Below, in pieces: positions 37,104 to 46,837 of a DNA stretch of 64,000 nt. A model generated the notes under the pieces. The model was not told the origin of the DNA. It worked only from the letters and a program-made list of their open reading frames with translations, and made no database searches. The DNA is from an uncultured bacterium (GTDB taxonomy: Bacteria; Acidobacteriota; HRBIN11; JAKEFK01): the NCBI GenBank assembly GCA_963777505.1, contig CAVZQN010000004.1, forward strand, positions 800,001 through 864,000, given 5' to 3'. Position 1 is the first letter of the stretch; each line of letters starts with the position of its first letter. The position numbers were made by a program, and so were the translations under genes.

Positions 37104-38063
37104 ATGAAATCAATTCTTGCAATAATCTGTTTCTTTATTTGTGCGGTTCTTCAAGCTCAAAGTCTGCCGAAAGAAGAAATCGATAGTGCAGTCGTAAAAA
37201 TATCAGATCTCATCAAAAGCAACTATGTGTTCGAGGAACAAGGAAACAGAATCGCGGCTCATTTGGAACAAAAGAAACTGGAATTTAAGTCAGTAAAAAA
37301 CTGGGATGAATTCGCCGCTATATGTAACGGGATTTTGCAGTCGTACAGTAACGATGGGCATCTCTTTGTTCGTCATGATGCGAAAACCGTCAAAGAGCTA
37401 TTGACTGCCACAGATCACGAAAGCGAGTCCGCAGTTGATGATCCTTTCTTTCATAGCAAAGGAGCGAGCGAGAGAAACTTCGGGTTTGAAGAAGTAAAGA
37501 TTCTTGAGGACAACATCGGCTACATCAAACTTTCGGAAATAAACATTTCAGAGAAAAGCCTTCCGACACTGTTTGCTGCGATGGAGTTTGTCTCTAACAC
37601 TAAAGCGCTAATCCTGGATCTTCGGGATAATGGAGGAGGCGGTAGTGAGGTCGGTCCCGTGCTGGAAAGTTTTTTCCTTCCTAAAAATATTGACCTTCTG
37701 GAATTCAAGAGCAGAACCGGTGAGGTCACAGCCGAGAAAACAGTCCCATGGCTCACACAGAAGAAGTACAACCATCCTCTGTTCATTATTATTAATAAAA
37801 AGACGGGTTCGGCCGCGGAGGCTCTAGCTTTCGTCTTGCAAGCCAAGAAAAGGGCCATTGTCGTAGGGAGTCCTTCAGCCGGGGCAGCTTATATGAACTC
37901 ATGGTATGTCGTAAACGAGAATGTATTTGCCTCTATTTCAACAGGAGCGCCAACCTTACCCGGAACTGATACTTCCTGGGAAAAAAGTGGAGTACAGCCA
38001 GATCATACTGTCGCCGAAGGTGATGGATTAAAATATATATTGGAGAAGATCAAAAAGAATTAA
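37104..38063 (+). CDS. Secreted S41 family peptidase
   Basis: DGHL, NIGYIKL, DLRDNGGG, TGSAAE, WE..GVQPD. Confidence 0.9.
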   Translation: MKSILAIICFFICAVLQAQSLPKEEIDSAVVKISDLIKSNYVFEEQGNRIAAHLEQKKLEFKSVKNWDEFAAICNGILQSYSNDGHLFVRHDAKTVKELLTATDHESESAVDDPFFHSKGASERNFGFEEVKILEDNIGYIKLSEINISEKSLPTLFAAMEFVSNTKALILDLRDNGGGGSEVGPVLESFFLPKNIDLLEFKSRTGEVTAEKTVPWLTQKKYNHPLFIIINKKTGSAAEALAFVLQAKKRAIVVGSPSAGAAYMNSWYVVNENVFASISTGAPTLPGTDTSWEKSGVQPDHTVAEGDGLKYILEKIKKN

Positions 38064-38085
38064 ATCCAAATGGAAGGATAGTACT

Positions 38086-38652
38086 ATGGAAATAGTATTT
38101 GATATTGCCTTGACCGATCAACAGTTCGAACAGATATTACAACTCCAAAGAAAAAATCTTGTGAGTGAGATCAGCGCGGATCAACAAGCGCAGCAGGGTT
38201 TTGTTTTTGCAGAACATACAGTTCCATTGTTAAAAAGGATGGCATCTGAATTGCCACAGGTAATAGCAGTCAGCAGTGGCAGAGTAGTTGGTTACAATCT
38301 CGCGATGCCTGCTTCAATGAAAAATGAGATCGCGAGTCTGGTGCCGATGTTTACGGAATTCGAGCGGTGTGAATACAAGGGTAAACCTTTATCAAAGTAT
38401 CGGTTTATAGTGGGTGGACAAGTTTGCGTAGATAAAGAATTCAGAGGGCATGGTTTATTAAGCAGGCTTTACCACGAAACCAAAAACAGAGTGTCATCTG
38501 ATTATCAGCTCTGTGTTACCGAGGTGTCTGCAAGAAACAACCACGGTTTAAAAGCGCATCAGAAGATGGGCTTTGAAGAGGTCAGTACGTATCATGATGG
38601 AAAAGAGCTGTGGAAAGTCGTAGTCTGGGATATGGAAAATACTCAGAAATGA
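38086..38652 (+). CDS. GNAT family acetyltransferase
   Basis: GQVCVDKEFRGHG, N...LKAH.KMGF. Confidence 0.85.
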   Translation: MEIVFDIALTDQQFEQILQLQRKNLVSEISADQQAQQGFVFAEHTVPLLKRMASELPQVIAVSSGRVVGYNLAMPASMKNEIASLVPMFTEFERCEYKGKPLSKYRFIVGGQVCVDKEFRGHGLLSRLYHETKNRVSSDYQLCVTEVSARNNHGLKAHQKMGFEEVSTYHDGKELWKVVVWDMENTQK

Positions 38653-39113
38653 AGCGTAGTCCTGCAGCTTTTGCAATCGTTGTTGGCGGTCTTGTTGCCG
38701 GCATATTTGATATCACATACGCGATTATTTTTTCCTCCTTTCGTGGCCGTACTGCAATTGGCACTCTTCAATCGGTTGCCAGCGGTATTCTAGGCACAGA
38801 GGCTTACAATGGCTGGCTCAATACCGCGATTCTTGGTCTCTTGCTTCATTTCTTCATAGCATTTTCAGCAGCCGCGATATTTTACATGTTTAGCCGGAAG
38901 ATTCGCTTTCTTACGCAACATGCAATCGTATCGGGCCTTCTTTACGGAATTATTATCTACGGGGTAATGAATCTGATCGTTCTACCGTTGTCCGCGTATC
39001 CGCATCATATTAACTTTTCGCCTTCACGGCTTGCAATCAACTTGTTTGTCCACATGTTTCTAATTGGACTTCCAATCGCACTAGCAGTGCGGAAAGCCGC
39101 AGCTTCTATATAA
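38649..39113 (+). CDS. DUF1440-like four-TM membrane protein
   Basis: GGLVAGIFDI, QSVASG, GLLLHF, VLPLS, HM..IGLP; start re-placed at MKRSPAA. Confidence 0.7.
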   Translation: MKRSPAAFAIVVGGLVAGIFDITYAIIFSSFRGRTAIGTLQSVASGILGTEAYNGWLNTAILGLLLHFFIAFSAAAIFYMFSRKIRFLTQHAIVSGLLYGIIIYGVMNLIVLPLSAYPHHINFSPSRLAINLFVHMFLIGLPIALAVRKAAASI

Positions 39114-39120
39114 TATTGCC

Positions 39121-39750
39121 ATGGGATACATAACGAAATTACTCGGCAGCACTGAAAACATTACGTTCCGAACGCGGCGGCATTTCTTTGTTATTTTCAG
39201 CGCGATACTGAAAGAGTTCTTGATTCTGCTCGCGTGTGCAATCGCGTTTGTATTTGTTCAAAATTGGTATAAGGGTGATCCGTTGTTCATTTACATCGGA
39301 CTCGCCGTGTTAGCGTTCTGGGCACTCATTTCTGCGCTGGTCGATATTATCAAGTGGCAGAATGATGAATTCGTAGTGACAAATCACCGCGTAATTCGAG
39401 TGAGCGGAGTTTTCAGTAAAAATATTCTGGATTCTTCACTCAATAAGATTAATGACGTCATTCTTCAACAAAGCTGGTTGGGCAGAATCTTCAATTATGG
39501 AACGATCAAAATCTTAACTGCGACAGAAGAAGTCATAAATCTTTTGGACCGCATCCAAAACCCGATCGGATTCAAACAGGCAATGCTTGAATCGAAAAGT
39601 TTACTTGAACCGGTGGGCGGGCATGCCGCTTTTGCAGCGCCGCTAACGGCAACACAACTTCTCGAAGAATTGGAGCAGTTGCGCGCACGACAAATGATTT
39701 CTGATGCGGAATATCAAGAAAAGCGGAAAGAAATTTTGAAACGAATGTAA
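39121..39750 (+). CDS. Membrane protein with bacterial PH domain and C-terminal SHOCT
   Basis: VVTNHRVI, GRIFNYGTI; LEELEQLR...ISDAEYQEKRKEIL. Confidence 0.85.
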   Translation: MGYITKLLGSTENITFRTRRHFFVIFSAILKEFLILLACAIAFVFVQNWYKGDPLFIYIGLAVLAFWALISALVDIIKWQNDEFVVTNHRVIRVSGVFSKNILDSSLNKINDVILQQSWLGRIFNYGTIKILTATEEVINLLDRIQNPIGFKQAMLESKSLLEPVGGHAAFAAPLTATQLLEELEQLRARQMISDAEYQEKRKEILKRM

Positions 39751-39759
39751 GAGGCTTCT

Positions 39760-40281
39760 ATGATTCGATTGTTTTTGTTTTTGCTTCTTGTTCCATCATT
39801 CGTCTTTTCTTACACAGTAGTAAGAAAAGATGGAAGACCATTTCATGGAGATTTGATTACCGAAACCTCCGAGCACATTCTTTTGGAAGATAAAATTGGA
39901 ATAAAAGTAAAGTTCAAAAAAGATCAGCTCGATCTCGAAAAAACAAAACAAGCGAATACAGGATCAAAAAAGGAAGATAAGGACTCAGCTTTCGCTCCTA
40001 AACCAGAGCCGGCATACGAAACAAAAACAATTGGTAACGATCAAACAGAAAATACCTGGACAGGCGAAAAAATATCAGTCGATTTCAAAGACATCGACAT
40101 CAAAGATTTCTTCCGATTTATTGCTGAGATTAGCGGAATGAATATGATTCTGGATCCCGCAGTGAAAGGTTCATTAACAATCCGTTTGGTTGATGTTCCA
40201 TGGGATCAAGCACTCGACTTAGTCTGCCGGCAATATGGCTATGGATACCAAATCGAGGGGAATGTTTATTCAGTGAAGTAG
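39760..40281 (+). CDS. Exported protein ending in a lone secretin/TonB N-terminal (STN/N0, PilQ-like) domain
   Basis: Signal peptide; GEKISVDFKDIDI, NMILDPAVKG, DVPWDQALD. Confidence 0.75.
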   Translation: MIRLFLFLLLVPSFVFSYTVVRKDGRPFHGDLITETSEHILLEDKIGIKVKFKKDQLDLEKTKQANTGSKKEDKDSAFAPKPEPAYETKTIGNDQTENTWTGEKISVDFKDIDIKDFFRFIAEISGMNMILDPAVKGSLTIRLVDVPWDQALDLVCRQYGYGYQIEGNVYSVK

Positions 40282-40318
40282 TCTTTGCACCGCGCAAACG
40301 GAATTCTCTAAAGCCGAA

Positions 40319-40413
40319 TCACGGAAACACGGAAGTCACGAAAAACACGAAAAAGATCTAATATTTTCTCTAATATTTGATTTCGTGTTTTCAGTGAATT
40401 TTGAGTTTTCGTG
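40319..40413. repeat. Inverted arrays of degenerate CACGRAA units
   Basis: CACGGAAACACGGAAGTCACGAAAAACACGAAA ... TTTCGTGTTTTCAGTG...TTTTCGTG between convergent genes. Confidence 0.6.
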
Positions 40414-40527
40414 ATTATGATGTCTTTGCAAGAAAAACCAAGATTCAACAATGAGCTATGCAAAGTAGAAATGAAAAGTAAACTCGGCGTACTCGGCGTT
40501 AAAAAAGATGGTTCGTAAGAAGAAATA

Positions 40528-40815
40528 CTAACGCGGAACTTTGCCCAGTACGTTGATCTCTTCTTCGTAATATCTACGATATAGAATTTGCCATTCCTGT
40601 CCTCCTTCGGGAATTTTCCGCTTAAAGGAGGCAATTCGATCACGTACTTTTTGATCCAGCATCTCGTCAATTTTCAATCGATTGTTTAACACTTTTACGA
40701 TTTCAAGCCGAATTTCATTTAAATCTGTTTTTAAAATTACTTCAGGATCCACACGTAATGCTTCTGCGACTTGATGAGAGATGCGGGTTACTTTTTCACG
40801 ACTTAGTCTCAACAT
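40528..40815 (-). CDS. DUF507 family protein
   Basis: RLSREKV..., IPEGGQEW.ILY..YYEEE. Confidence 0.8.
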   Translation of the reverse strand: MLRLSREKVTRISHQVAEALRVDPEVILKTDLNEIRLEIVKVLNNRLKIDEMLDQKVRDRIASFKRKIPEGGQEWQILYRRYYEEEINVLGKVPR

Positions 40816-41093
40816 TAAAAAATTAAGTTCCTTTCTCTTTGAAGTTTAGCCTTAACCTTCTTGAACATCTCGTGATATTGCACATTTGCTGCCTGAATCT
40901 CGTCATTGTGTTCGGTCAGAATCTGGCGGACTTCCTCATCAACTTTATCCTCGACCATGAGCTCTTCGAGAATGACTTGATGGACGAGAGAATAGAGCTT
41001 TTCTCTATCGGGATGGCCGATCATATCTTGAGAAACCAGCTCGTGAAGGATCTGTCCCGCCATGTCATCCACCATTTTTTTTGGCACGCGCAT
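40815..41093 (-). CDS. DUF507 family protein
   Basis: EL.VED.VDEEVR.IL, MFKKVK.KL.RER; typical tandem pair. Confidence 0.8.
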   Translation of the reverse strand: MRVPKKMVDDMAGQILHELVSQDMIGHPDREKLYSLVHQVILEELMVEDKVDEEVRQILTEHNDEIQAANVQYHEMFKKVKAKLQRERNLIF

Positions 41094-41171
41094 AAAAACC
41101 CCTTCAAGAAGATAAACCGTAATATTACCAGAAATCCTCTAAAACTCACAAGACCTTGGCCACTTTTTTGC

Positions 41172-41957
41172 TTAAGAGGAACCGCGAAGACGCTGAGGGT
41201 ATTTTTTGGTAATGGAAAGAACTTCAGGCAGTAAAGAGCCATTTGTTGAGATGCCTTCCGATGAATAAGCAGTGCGATTGCCCTGCCAATCTGTAAATGT
41301 TCCGCCGGCTTCCTCAATAATTGGAATGAGAGCTCCCGCATCCCATGGATTCAATACCGGATCAACGCAAATACCGGCTCTTCCTGTTGCAACCAGAATA
41401 TGCGCATAACAATCACCCCATGTGCGTTGCCAGGCTGTAGCCGTTTCCAACTCGTTGTAAGCTTCCAAACGTCCAGATTCCACAAAATATTCCCTGCCTG
41501 AATGACAGAACAACGCATCTTTAAGTGAAGTAATTTGATTCACGTGCGCGCGAGTTCCATTCCAGAAACATCCCTCGCCTCGGGCAGCACCGATAATCTC
41601 ATTCAATACAGGAAGGTTTACAACACCCACCGAAAAATTTCCGGAAATTTCCAATGCCAGCATCACTCCATAAATTGGAACTCCCTGAGCAAAAGCTTTG
41701 GTGCCATCAATAGGATCAATGTACCAACAGTACTCATTGGTCGATTTATCACCACCGTACTCTTCCCCAATGATTGAATGCGACGGAAAATGTGTTTGAA
41801 TTAGTTCGCGAATTTTTTGTTCTGATTTTCGATCGGCAATTGTGACAGGAGACTGATCAGCTTTTCTTTCAATTTCAAAATCTTTTTGAAAGTATTCGAG
41901 CGTGATTCTGCCTGCTTGTTCACAAGCATCCATTGCAAAGCTAAGAAATTCTTTCAT
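41172..41957 (-). CDS. hisN: Histidinol-phosphatase (inositol monophosphatase family)
   Basis: KADQSPVTIAD, GEEYG, IDPIDGT, WGDCY, PWD. Confidence 0.8.
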   Translation of the reverse strand: MKEFLSFAMDACEQAGRITLEYFQKDFEIERKADQSPVTIADRKSEQKIRELIQTHFPSHSIIGEEYGGDKSTNEYCWYIDPIDGTKAFAQGVPIYGVMLALEISGNFSVGVVNLPVLNEIIGAARGEGCFWNGTRAHVNQITSLKDALFCHSGREYFVESGRLEAYNELETATAWQRTWGDCYAHILVATGRAGICVDPVLNPWDAGALIPIIEEAGGTFTDWQGNRTAYSSEGISTNGSLLPEVLSITKKYPQRLRGSS

Positions 41958-41977
41958 AACTACAAAGACGCAGAGTT

Positions 41978-43828
41978 TCAGTTTTCATCTGTTAAAGCTG
42001 CTGCTTTGGTGGCGATAAGACCAAAGCCTTTCGCGCGCGCTTCTTTTTCGATGTTTGTCATAGCATTTCGGCTGTCAGGGCGCTTCCCGTATTTCAACTC
42101 GATTGCACAAATTGCAAATCGTGCTTCCCATTGAATGTCGACAAATCCGCGGCGGGTCGCTTCATCTAAAACACCTTGAATCCGGGTGAGCGCCTCTTGC
42201 CAGTAAGGAGCTTGAGCGGTTGAGGCGCAGACCTGAGATGCATGAAGTGTAACAAGAAAATAAGTTCGCAAACCTTTGTTTCTGTTATTCACAGCAAGAG
42301 CACGCTCCGCAACTTGAACTGCTTCCAGCATTCTTCCATCTTCCATTAAGCAACGGCTGTGCAAAGTAAGTGCATATGCTTCACAATCAGAACGCATCTC
42401 ATCACGGAAAACTCCAATGGCTTCGATCGCAATTTCATTCGCCTGTTTTACTTCGCCTTCTTCCAGTAATATCGCAGCGATCCCAAGCCGGCTTTCAGCC
42501 GCAGTTCCTTTTTCGCCAATTTCTTCGCGTATTTTCAATGATGCTTCAAACATTTTCATACTGTCTTCGTATGTGCCTTCAGCAAAAAGAACTTCAGCCA
42601 GATCGAACAATGTGAATGCAAGAGAGCTTCGATCTCCCATTTCTTCTTTCATTCTTATTACTTCATCGTAAAAAGCACGCGCCTCATATAGTTTTCCCTG
42701 GAAGTGATGAATCTCCGCAAGATTATTCATGATCCGGGCATTTCCGATACCATAGCCGGCTTTCTTTGAAATCTGAAGCGCTTCGGTATACCGTTTTTTA
42801 GCTTCTTCAAGATCGCCTTCCTGCATGAGCACATTTGCAATTCCCATGAGTGCTCGAACAACGCCAATCCGATCTCCTACATCTCGCGATGCTTCAAGTG
42901 CACTTTCATAGAGAGTTCGAGCAACGGCAAGATATCCAAGAATACGGTCGGTGTTCGCCATACAATTCAAAGCGGCTGATTCGCCACTGCGATCGCCGAT
43001 TGATTTGAAAATCGTGAGCGACTCTTCAAACATTCTTTTCGCAGCCTGAACGTCCCCTTTTCGACGATAAACATTCCCAAGCGTCAGATTCATGCGCGCT
43101 AATCCATCTTGATCGCCTTCAGCTACCAAAATTTTCTGCACTTCATTCAAAATTTGTTCAGCACGTTTTGGTTCACCGAGATCCGTATATCCTGCCGCTT
43201 CCATCATGCGCGCGCGAGCGACCATCAAACGTGCGGCATGCGAACCATTGGATGACAATTTGTTTGCGGCGCGTGTGGCAGCATCCACCTTTCGAGTAAA
43301 ATCGGATAACGAATCGGCTGCAAGTGCTTCTGCAAAATCAATTCGAGGATCTTCTGAATGTTCGGCTGATGATCTTCTAAGCAAATCTAAAACGGCTTGC
43401 GCTTCCTGACCGCGGCCAGCTTGCGTTAGAACCATTGCTAGACGAAAAGCGCATTGGAAACTTTCTGGATAAAAAACCAGTAATGATCGATAAATCTGAA
43501 TTGCTTTGTCCCAATCGTTTGAGAATTCGCGGTACATTCCTTCGATCAAGAGATTCATTTCGCGGGGCAGTCTGGAGGATTGTCCGAATGCAATTTTCGC
43601 TTCCTCACGCGCTTTATCTGTGTGCCCAAGAATTGCGAGTGTCTCTGCCAGTGCCGCATGAATCAACGGATCAGCAGGATCAAGAGCGACGGCCTTATGA
43701 AGAGAACTTCTTGCAGAAAAAGCATCCATGATCCTCAAACTTTCCAGAGCTTCGCTATAATGCTTTGCGGCTTTCGGATTTGATGGATGTGCAGAGAAAG
43801 CAGGACCTAATCCCTCTACGAATGCCAT
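41978..43828 (-). CDS. Large all-TPR protein
   Basis: Repeated GD..G.A..L.N.A TPR units; no recognisable enzymatic or DNA-binding domain. Confidence 0.85.
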   Translation of the reverse strand: MAFVEGLGPAFSAHPSNPKAAKHYSEALESLRIMDAFSARSSLHKAVALDPADPLIHAALAETLAILGHTDKAREEAKIAFGQSSRLPREMNLLIEGMYREFSNDWDKAIQIYRSLLVFYPESFQCAFRLAMVLTQAGRGQEAQAVLDLLRRSSAEHSEDPRIDFAEALAADSLSDFTRKVDAATRAANKLSSNGSHAARLMVARARMMEAAGYTDLGEPKRAEQILNEVQKILVAEGDQDGLARMNLTLGNVYRRKGDVQAAKRMFEESLTIFKSIGDRSGESAALNCMANTDRILGYLAVARTLYESALEASRDVGDRIGVVRALMGIANVLMQEGDLEEAKKRYTEALQISKKAGYGIGNARIMNNLAEIHHFQGKLYEARAFYDEVIRMKEEMGDRSSLAFTLFDLAEVLFAEGTYEDSMKMFEASLKIREEIGEKGTAAESRLGIAAILLEEGEVKQANEIAIEAIGVFRDEMRSDCEAYALTLHSRCLMEDGRMLEAVQVAERALAVNNRNKGLRTYFLVTLHASQVCASTAQAPYWQEALTRIQGVLDEATRRGFVDIQWEARFAICAIELKYGKRPDSRNAMTNIEKEARAKGFGLIATKAAALTDEN

Positions 43829-43897
43829 AGGACTTCCCTCTCTGTCTAATATTGTATTCCTGTTTCGCGTGATTCCACAAAAACTTTGCGTCTCTTG

Positions 43898-43923
43898 GTA
43901 GGGGGCGACCCTTGTGGTCGCCC
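43898..43923. repeat. Single GTAG-headed REP-like palindrome
   Basis: GTAGGGGGCGACCCTTGTGGTCGCCC. Confidence 0.65.
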
Positions 43924-43968
43924 ATTTTTGGTCTCGGCGGTAAAGTGAACCTGTCGTATACTCTCCTC

Positions 43969-45726
43969 ATGAAATCAAAAACAATTTTGTTGGGTATCGT
44001 TTTTGTTTTATTTCAATTTATAACCGGTTTGTACGCTGCTGAACCTGATGTCGAGATCCGCTGGAGCGTAAAGATTCCAGTGAGAGATGGCGTAAAACTG
44101 AATGCAACTGTGTATCTTCCAAAGCCGAATGCGGGGCCAACTCCGGTAATTTTTACATTCACCCCATACATATCTGACAGTTATCATCCGAGAGCATACT
44201 ATTTCGCAAAACATGGATATGGCTTTCTTCTAATCGATGTTCGTGGCCGCGGAAATTCAGAAGGACTCTTTGAACCATTCAAAAATGAAGGTCAGGACGG
44301 ACATGATGTTGTTGAATGGATTGCAAAACAAAGCTGGTGTAATGGCAAAGTTACAATGTGGGGCGGATCCTATGCAGGCTTTGATCAATGGTCGGTCTTA
44401 AAAGAATTTCCCCAGCATCTTTCCACAATTGTTCCAGCTGCAGCTGCATATGCCGGAGTCGATTTTCCATTCTTCAAAAACATTTTTTACTCATACGACA
44501 TTCAATGGCTGACCTTCACAAGTGGGGTGGCTTCAAATGCAAATTTGTTTGGAGAATCTTCAGTATGGAATCAGTATTTTCGCGAAAGATATCTGAATCA
44601 CCGGCCTTTCCGCGAACTCGATCAGATTTCTGGCAATACTGCTTCACATTTTCAGACCTGGCTTAAACATCCGACACCTGATGAATATTGGGATGCCATG
44701 GTCCCATCTCAAGCTGATTACGAAAAAATTAACAGCCCAATTTTATCGATCACAGGCCATTACGATGGAGATCAGGCAGGAGCCCTGGAGTATTACAAAA
44801 GACATATGAAGTATGGTTCAGTGTCAGGAAAAGCAAAACATTACCTGATTATGGGACCTTGGGATCATGCAGGAACCAGAACACCTGAACTCGAGTTTGG
44901 CGGATTGAAGTTTGGTGAAGCTAGCAAGCTCGATATGAATAAGCTTCACACTGAATGGTATGACTGGACAATGAAGACTGGAACGAAACCAGAATTTCTA
45001 AAGGATCAGGTTGCGTATTTTGTTACGGGTGCCGAGAAATGGAAATATGCGAAAAGTCTGGAAGCAATTTCCAACGATAAAAAAGTTTTCTATTTAAACT
45101 CGAATGGCTCGGCAAATGATGTTTTTCGTTCCGGCGTAATGACGGAGAAGAAACCGGAGGGGTCAAAACCGGATGAATATGTTTATGATCCTTTGGATAC
45201 CCGTCCTGCCGAAATAGAAAAAGATGAAGTCGATTCACCGTATACGGATCAGCGATACGCCCTAAATTTATTTGGAAATGGTCTCGTATACCATACGGAA
45301 CCGTTTGCTGAGGAAACCGAATTCTCCGGATTCATCAAGTTTGTGGCATGGATCGCAATGGATGTGCCTGACACCGATTTTCAAGCAACAATTTATGAAA
45401 TCTTACCTGAAGGCAAAAGCATTCTTCTTACGCAGGATATGATTCGTGCAAGATATCGCGACTCATTGCGCGAAGCAAAGCTTGTAAAGCCAGGCGAAAT
45501 CAACCGTTACGAATTTAATGCTTTTACGTTCATGTCGCGTCAAATTGGAAAAGGGAGCAGGCTTCGTTTGTTAATTACGTGTCCGAATACAATTCATCTG
45601 CAAAAGAATTACAACAGTGGTGGTGATGTTTCTGCGGAGACTGCCAAAGATGCTCGCACTGCACACGTGAAGTTGTATCATGACGCAGAACATCCGTCGT
45701 TTTTGGAATTGCCAATCGTGAAGTAG
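43969..45726 (+). CDS. Secreted CocE/NonD family hydrolase (S15-like)
   Basis: RDGVKL, TPY, DVRGRGNSEG, GGSYAG, GPWDH; start re-placed at MKSKTIL. Confidence 0.92.
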   Translation: MKSKTILLGIVFVLFQFITGLYAAEPDVEIRWSVKIPVRDGVKLNATVYLPKPNAGPTPVIFTFTPYISDSYHPRAYYFAKHGYGFLLIDVRGRGNSEGLFEPFKNEGQDGHDVVEWIAKQSWCNGKVTMWGGSYAGFDQWSVLKEFPQHLSTIVPAAAAYAGVDFPFFKNIFYSYDIQWLTFTSGVASNANLFGESSVWNQYFRERYLNHRPFRELDQISGNTASHFQTWLKHPTPDEYWDAMVPSQADYEKINSPILSITGHYDGDQAGALEYYKRHMKYGSVSGKAKHYLIMGPWDHAGTRTPELEFGGLKFGEASKLDMNKLHTEWYDWTMKTGTKPEFLKDQVAYFVTGAEKWKYAKSLEAISNDKKVFYLNSNGSANDVFRSGVMTEKKPEGSKPDEYVYDPLDTRPAEIEKDEVDSPYTDQRYALNLFGNGLVYHTEPFAEETEFSGFIKFVAWIAMDVPDTDFQATIYEILPEGKSILLTQDMIRARYRDSLREAKLVKPGEINRYEFNAFTFMSRQIGKGSRLRLLITCPNTIHLQKNYNSGGDVSAETAKDARTAHVKLYHDAEHPSFLELPIVK

Positions 45727-45729
45727 TTC

Positions 45730-45827
45730 GTAGTAGGCACGCAGGCGAGCGAAGCGAGGCAGGCCGTATTGAATATGTTTCACGGTACTGTTCGGACGCA
45801 TAAATGCGCCTGACTGGTACCAACTAC
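45730..45827. repeat. REP-like ~100-bp element, family B
   Basis: GTAGTAGGCACGCAG...GTACCAACTAC; homologous to reverse complement of 56428-56527. Confidence 0.8.
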
Positions 45828-45843
45828 AAACCAAAGAATTTTG

Positions 45844-46023
45844 CTAAGGCGGCACGGATTTGATCCGGGACTCATCGGGTATTCGTGTATAATTCTCTAG
45901 AAAATCTTTAGGTGTCAAAAAAATAACCGCGATAATTGCCAGGCAATAAATATCCCATTGCCATGATCCGCGCGAATATGTCCAGTAAAAGGTCGCACGC
46001 AGAAATCTTGCTAAAGGGTTCAT
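45844..46023 (-). CDS. Small single-TM membrane protein (59 aa as written)
   Basis: Not in ORF track; ATG overlaps upstream stop (ATGA); MNPLARFLRATFYWTYSRGSWQWDIYCLAIIAVIFLTPKDFLENY... Confidence 0.7.
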   Translation of the reverse strand: MNPLARFLRATFYWTYSRGSWQWDIYCLAIIAVIFLTPKDFLENYTRIPDESRIKSVPP

Positions 46024-46739
46024 GCTTTCTTTCTTCGTTTCTTAATGATATCAGAAACGAGTTTTACGACTGCTGGAAGAAGAGTCACTAAAAACAAAAT
46101 GATGATCCATTTGAAAGGCAATTCCTTGCCTACATAAGCAAGAATTAGATAACGCGGAAAGCGTCCGGTAAAAGTCGCAAGAACGTATTTCCAATACGTA
46201 TAAGCTCGTGAGATTGCCAGTAGTCTGACGACATCAACGGGGATCGGAAGGAACGCAGCAGCACTTAAGGTTAGAAAAGCGTATTTATCAAAAAAATGTA
46301 AGAGCCTTCGATAGGTGCGAATGTCACGTACTTTTTTTACACGATGATGCCGAAACATCCATCCGAGAATTGCGTAATCGTTGAAATTCGCGATGCAGGT
46401 TCCGACAGCTCCAATGAAGGCAACGAGCACCGGATGGAATGCTTTTGCAACAAAAGCAATGGGAGGCAGAGTAGGGATTGGGAAAAACTGGCATGCGACG
46501 CACATGTATATAAAGAAGTCGTACAAAATTGATCCGTCTTGCGTCACCTGAACATCAGGCTTACGCACCTGTTTTAACAGCGTTAAAAGGCTTGGTCCTT
46601 CAACGTAAAAGATGCGAATAAGAATGAGGATCGTAAAAAAAACGGCGAGAGAAATGAAAATACGTTTTACGCGAATTTCAGGAATCGCAAGGGGCGGAAC
46701 TATTTCTTCTACTGGGACTTCGGGAGTGTCTATTTCCAT
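46020..46739 (-). CDS. DedA/VTT (SNARE-associated) membrane protein
   Basis: FFPIP, AAFLPIPVD, GRFPRY. Confidence 0.8.
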   Translation of the reverse strand: MEIDTPEVPVEEIVPPLAIPEIRVKRIFISLAVFFTILILIRIFYVEGPSLLTLLKQVRKPDVQVTQDGSILYDFFIYMCVACQFFPIPTLPPIAFVAKAFHPVLVAFIGAVGTCIANFNDYAILGWMFRHHRVKKVRDIRTYRRLLHFFDKYAFLTLSAAAFLPIPVDVVRLLAISRAYTYWKYVLATFTGRFPRYLILAYVGKELPFKWIIILFLVTLLPAVVKLVSDIIKKRRKKA

Positions 46740-46751
46740 CTGCGTTTATAA

Positions 46752-46823
46752 GTACGGGCGGGTCTAAAGCCCGCCCGAGAACGTTGTTGATGAATAACAG
46801 GCGGGTCTAAGACCCGCCCCTAC
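46752..46823. repeat. REP-like doublet, family A
   Basis: GTACGGGCGGGTCTAAAGCCCGCCC...GGCGGGTCTAAGACCCGCCCCTAC. Confidence 0.85.
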
Positions 46824-46837
46824 GTCAATATTTCTAC

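Noticed and set aside
32597-39113. Integron cassette array
   Set aside because: Isolated TTTAAC words at ~32608 and ~35056 but no paired attC boxes; genes overlap; no integrase
40308-40670. 120-aa minus ORF
   Set aside because: Overlaps DUF507 out of frame and translates the 9-mer repeat array
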